Positions 32,273-33,322 of a stretch of DNA of 33,322 nucleotides are shown here, one piece after another (the first letter of the stretch is position 1; the number at the start of each line of letters is the position of its first letter). Both the position numbers and the translations under genes were made by a program. Source of the DNA: Thermomicrobiales bacterium (lineage in GTDB: Bacteria; Chloroflexota; Chloroflexia; Thermomicrobiales; JALYUS01); the NCBI GenBank assembly GCA_038232175.1, contig JBBSII010000001.1, positions 1 to 33,322 of the forward strand. The letters run 5' to 3'. Below the pieces are notes generated by a model. The model was not told where the DNA came from, did not search any database, and saw nothing but the letters and a program-made list of their open reading frames with translations.

Positions 32273-33127
32273 CTATGTCGTGATGTTATCGACGAACCAG
32301 GCGCTGCCCTGCTTGCGCATCACGAATCCGCGCTTCGCGACGCCCGCAGCGGTGGTGATCGTCACGCGGACGGTCGCGCTGTTGCCATCCGCATCCCGCT
32401 GCTCACTATCGACGGTGAATTCCTGGATGGGTGGCTGGATGTTGAGCAACTTGTAGCCATCGCCGCTGGTCTGGGACTTGAATGCCGGGGTGAGGGAGCC
32501 GGAGATGTCCCCCTTCGCCAGCACGGAGCGCAGGAACTGCTCGACGCTGCCCCGCGCTTCCGTAGCGGGCGCGGGGGTTGTCGTCGGCGTGCCCACGAGG
32601 CTCGTGCCCGCCACTGCGGAAGCGCTCCCGGACGTGGACGTCGTCGCGGAACCGGATGGCTGCGTGCCGCGCACGATGGTGCTCGCGGCCGTGTTACCAC
32701 TCGTACTCGCACTCGTACCGGCACTTGCGCTTATGCTTGTGCTTGTGCTTGTGCTTGCCCCGGCGACGTTCGCAACGCTCGTGCTCCCGGTCGCGGTGGT
32801 GCGGGCGAGTGGTGTTGGGGTCGCCCCGGTGGCTGTCCCGACCGTCGTCGCGGCACCGCCCGTTGCGCGACCCGCTTCCGTGGGGCGCACGGTGCCAGTC
32901 AGCAGGCTGTTGGCGAGGGGTGTCGGGGTGCCGGAGGTGGTGATGGCGCTCGTTGTGGCGACGGGTTGCGTCGTCTGCGCGGGGATGACCGCCCCCGTCG
33001 GCGTGGCGGATGCGGCGGGCGTGGCGGGCGCGGCGGTCTTGCTCGAACTGCCGCCGCACGCGGCGAGCATAGCAACGAGGAGCAATGCAAGACACGCGAA
33101 CAATCGGCGCGAGCGGACGAACGACAT
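32273..33127 (-). CDS. Lipoprotein of unknown function with a long Thr/Ser/Ala-rich region and a small C-terminal globular domain
   Basis: MSFVRSRRLFACLALLLVAMLAACGG is a lipobox signal. GGAGGG lies 8 nt before ATG 33127. About 170 aa are low complexity. Confidence 0.75.
   Translation of the reverse strand: MSFVRSRRLFACLALLLVAMLAACGGSSSKTAAPATPAASATPTGAVIPAQTTQPVATTSAITTSGTPTPLANSLLTGTVRPTEAGRATGGAATTVGTATGATPTPLARTTATGSTSVANVAGASTSTSTSISASAGTSASTSGNTAASTIVRGTQPSGSATTSTSGSASAVAGTSLVGTPTTTPAPATEARGSVEQFLRSVLAKGDISGSLTPAFKSQTSGDGYKLLNIQPPIQEFTVDSEQRDADGNSATVRVTITTAAGVAKRGFVMRKQGSAWFVDNITT
32699..32758. repeat. In-frame hexanucleotide microsatellites inside the lipoprotein gene
   Basis: The runs are (actcgt/actcgc)x3 at 32699-32716 and (gcttat/gcttgt/gcttgc)x5 at 32729-32758. 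They encode the (TS)n/(AS)n stretch. Confidence 0.8.
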
Positions 33128-33322
33128 ACGAAGGACCCTCCTCGATGCGGCGCAATCGAACGGGAGGCACCCGCCGCCTCCCATTGTCGCACCATAGCAT
33201 GGCGGCGGCTCTCTGTCACATTGGCAAAGAACGGAACAGTCGCACGTTCCTGTATCTTTCGGGTGATGGAGAGCGGGTGCGGGTGCCCTCTGGGCGGCAT
33301 GGGCGGTGGGGGTGAAAGACGG

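Noticed and set aside
33263-33322. Partial REP-like arm (gtgatggagagcgggtgcgggtg) and possible gene at the right window edge.
   Set aside because: Only one arm is visible and too little sequence remains to call an element or an edge-truncated ORF.

Overview
High-GC (roughly two-thirds G+C by eye) bacterial chromosomal segment. GGAGG ribosome-binding sites, a GAAC-N4-GTTC SOS box, G/C-rich GGGGTGAGG-type palindromes and Ala/Thr-rich linkers in secreted proteins suggest a Chloroflexota-like organism, but this is inference only.

About 25 genes look intact and are mostly housekeeping or metabolic:
- RNase J (runs off the left edge, so it is absent from the ORF track)
- family-4 uracil-DNA glycosylase
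- phosphohexomutase plus a GDP-sugar SDR
- a DnaQ-exonuclease/GIY-YIG fusion with an upstream LexA-type box
- 4-OT tautomerase, an SDR, a C69 peptidase, an MDR dehydrogenase and a GlsB-like membrane protein
- a TauE-PAP2-membrane protein operon
- a TPP enzyme, a DinB-family protein, an FAD oxidoreductase and an IclR regulator
- a sugar ABC importer (two permeases plus a binding protein, no ATPase)
- two secreted proteins or lipoproteins

The middle of the window (about 7.7-20.7 kb) is rich in decayed genes. It holds one ISAs1-family IS with a frameshifted transposase and a second IS end remnant. It also holds frameshifted or truncated methyltransferase, LuxR-type, DapA-like and Ser/Thr kinase genes. 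A displaced 3' copy of the peptidase gene lies beside a ~50% GC insert.

I saw no rRNA, tRNA, CRISPR or recognisable defence genes. The most unusual signals are non-coding:
- five foldback elements made of inverted arrays of tandem 7-9 nt units, four of them with cores of about 113-122 nt
- a G/C-rich palindromic REP-like family present in most gene gaps

I did not find a convincing novel protein-coding system. The repeat architecture and the peptidase 3'-end duplication are the best leads.
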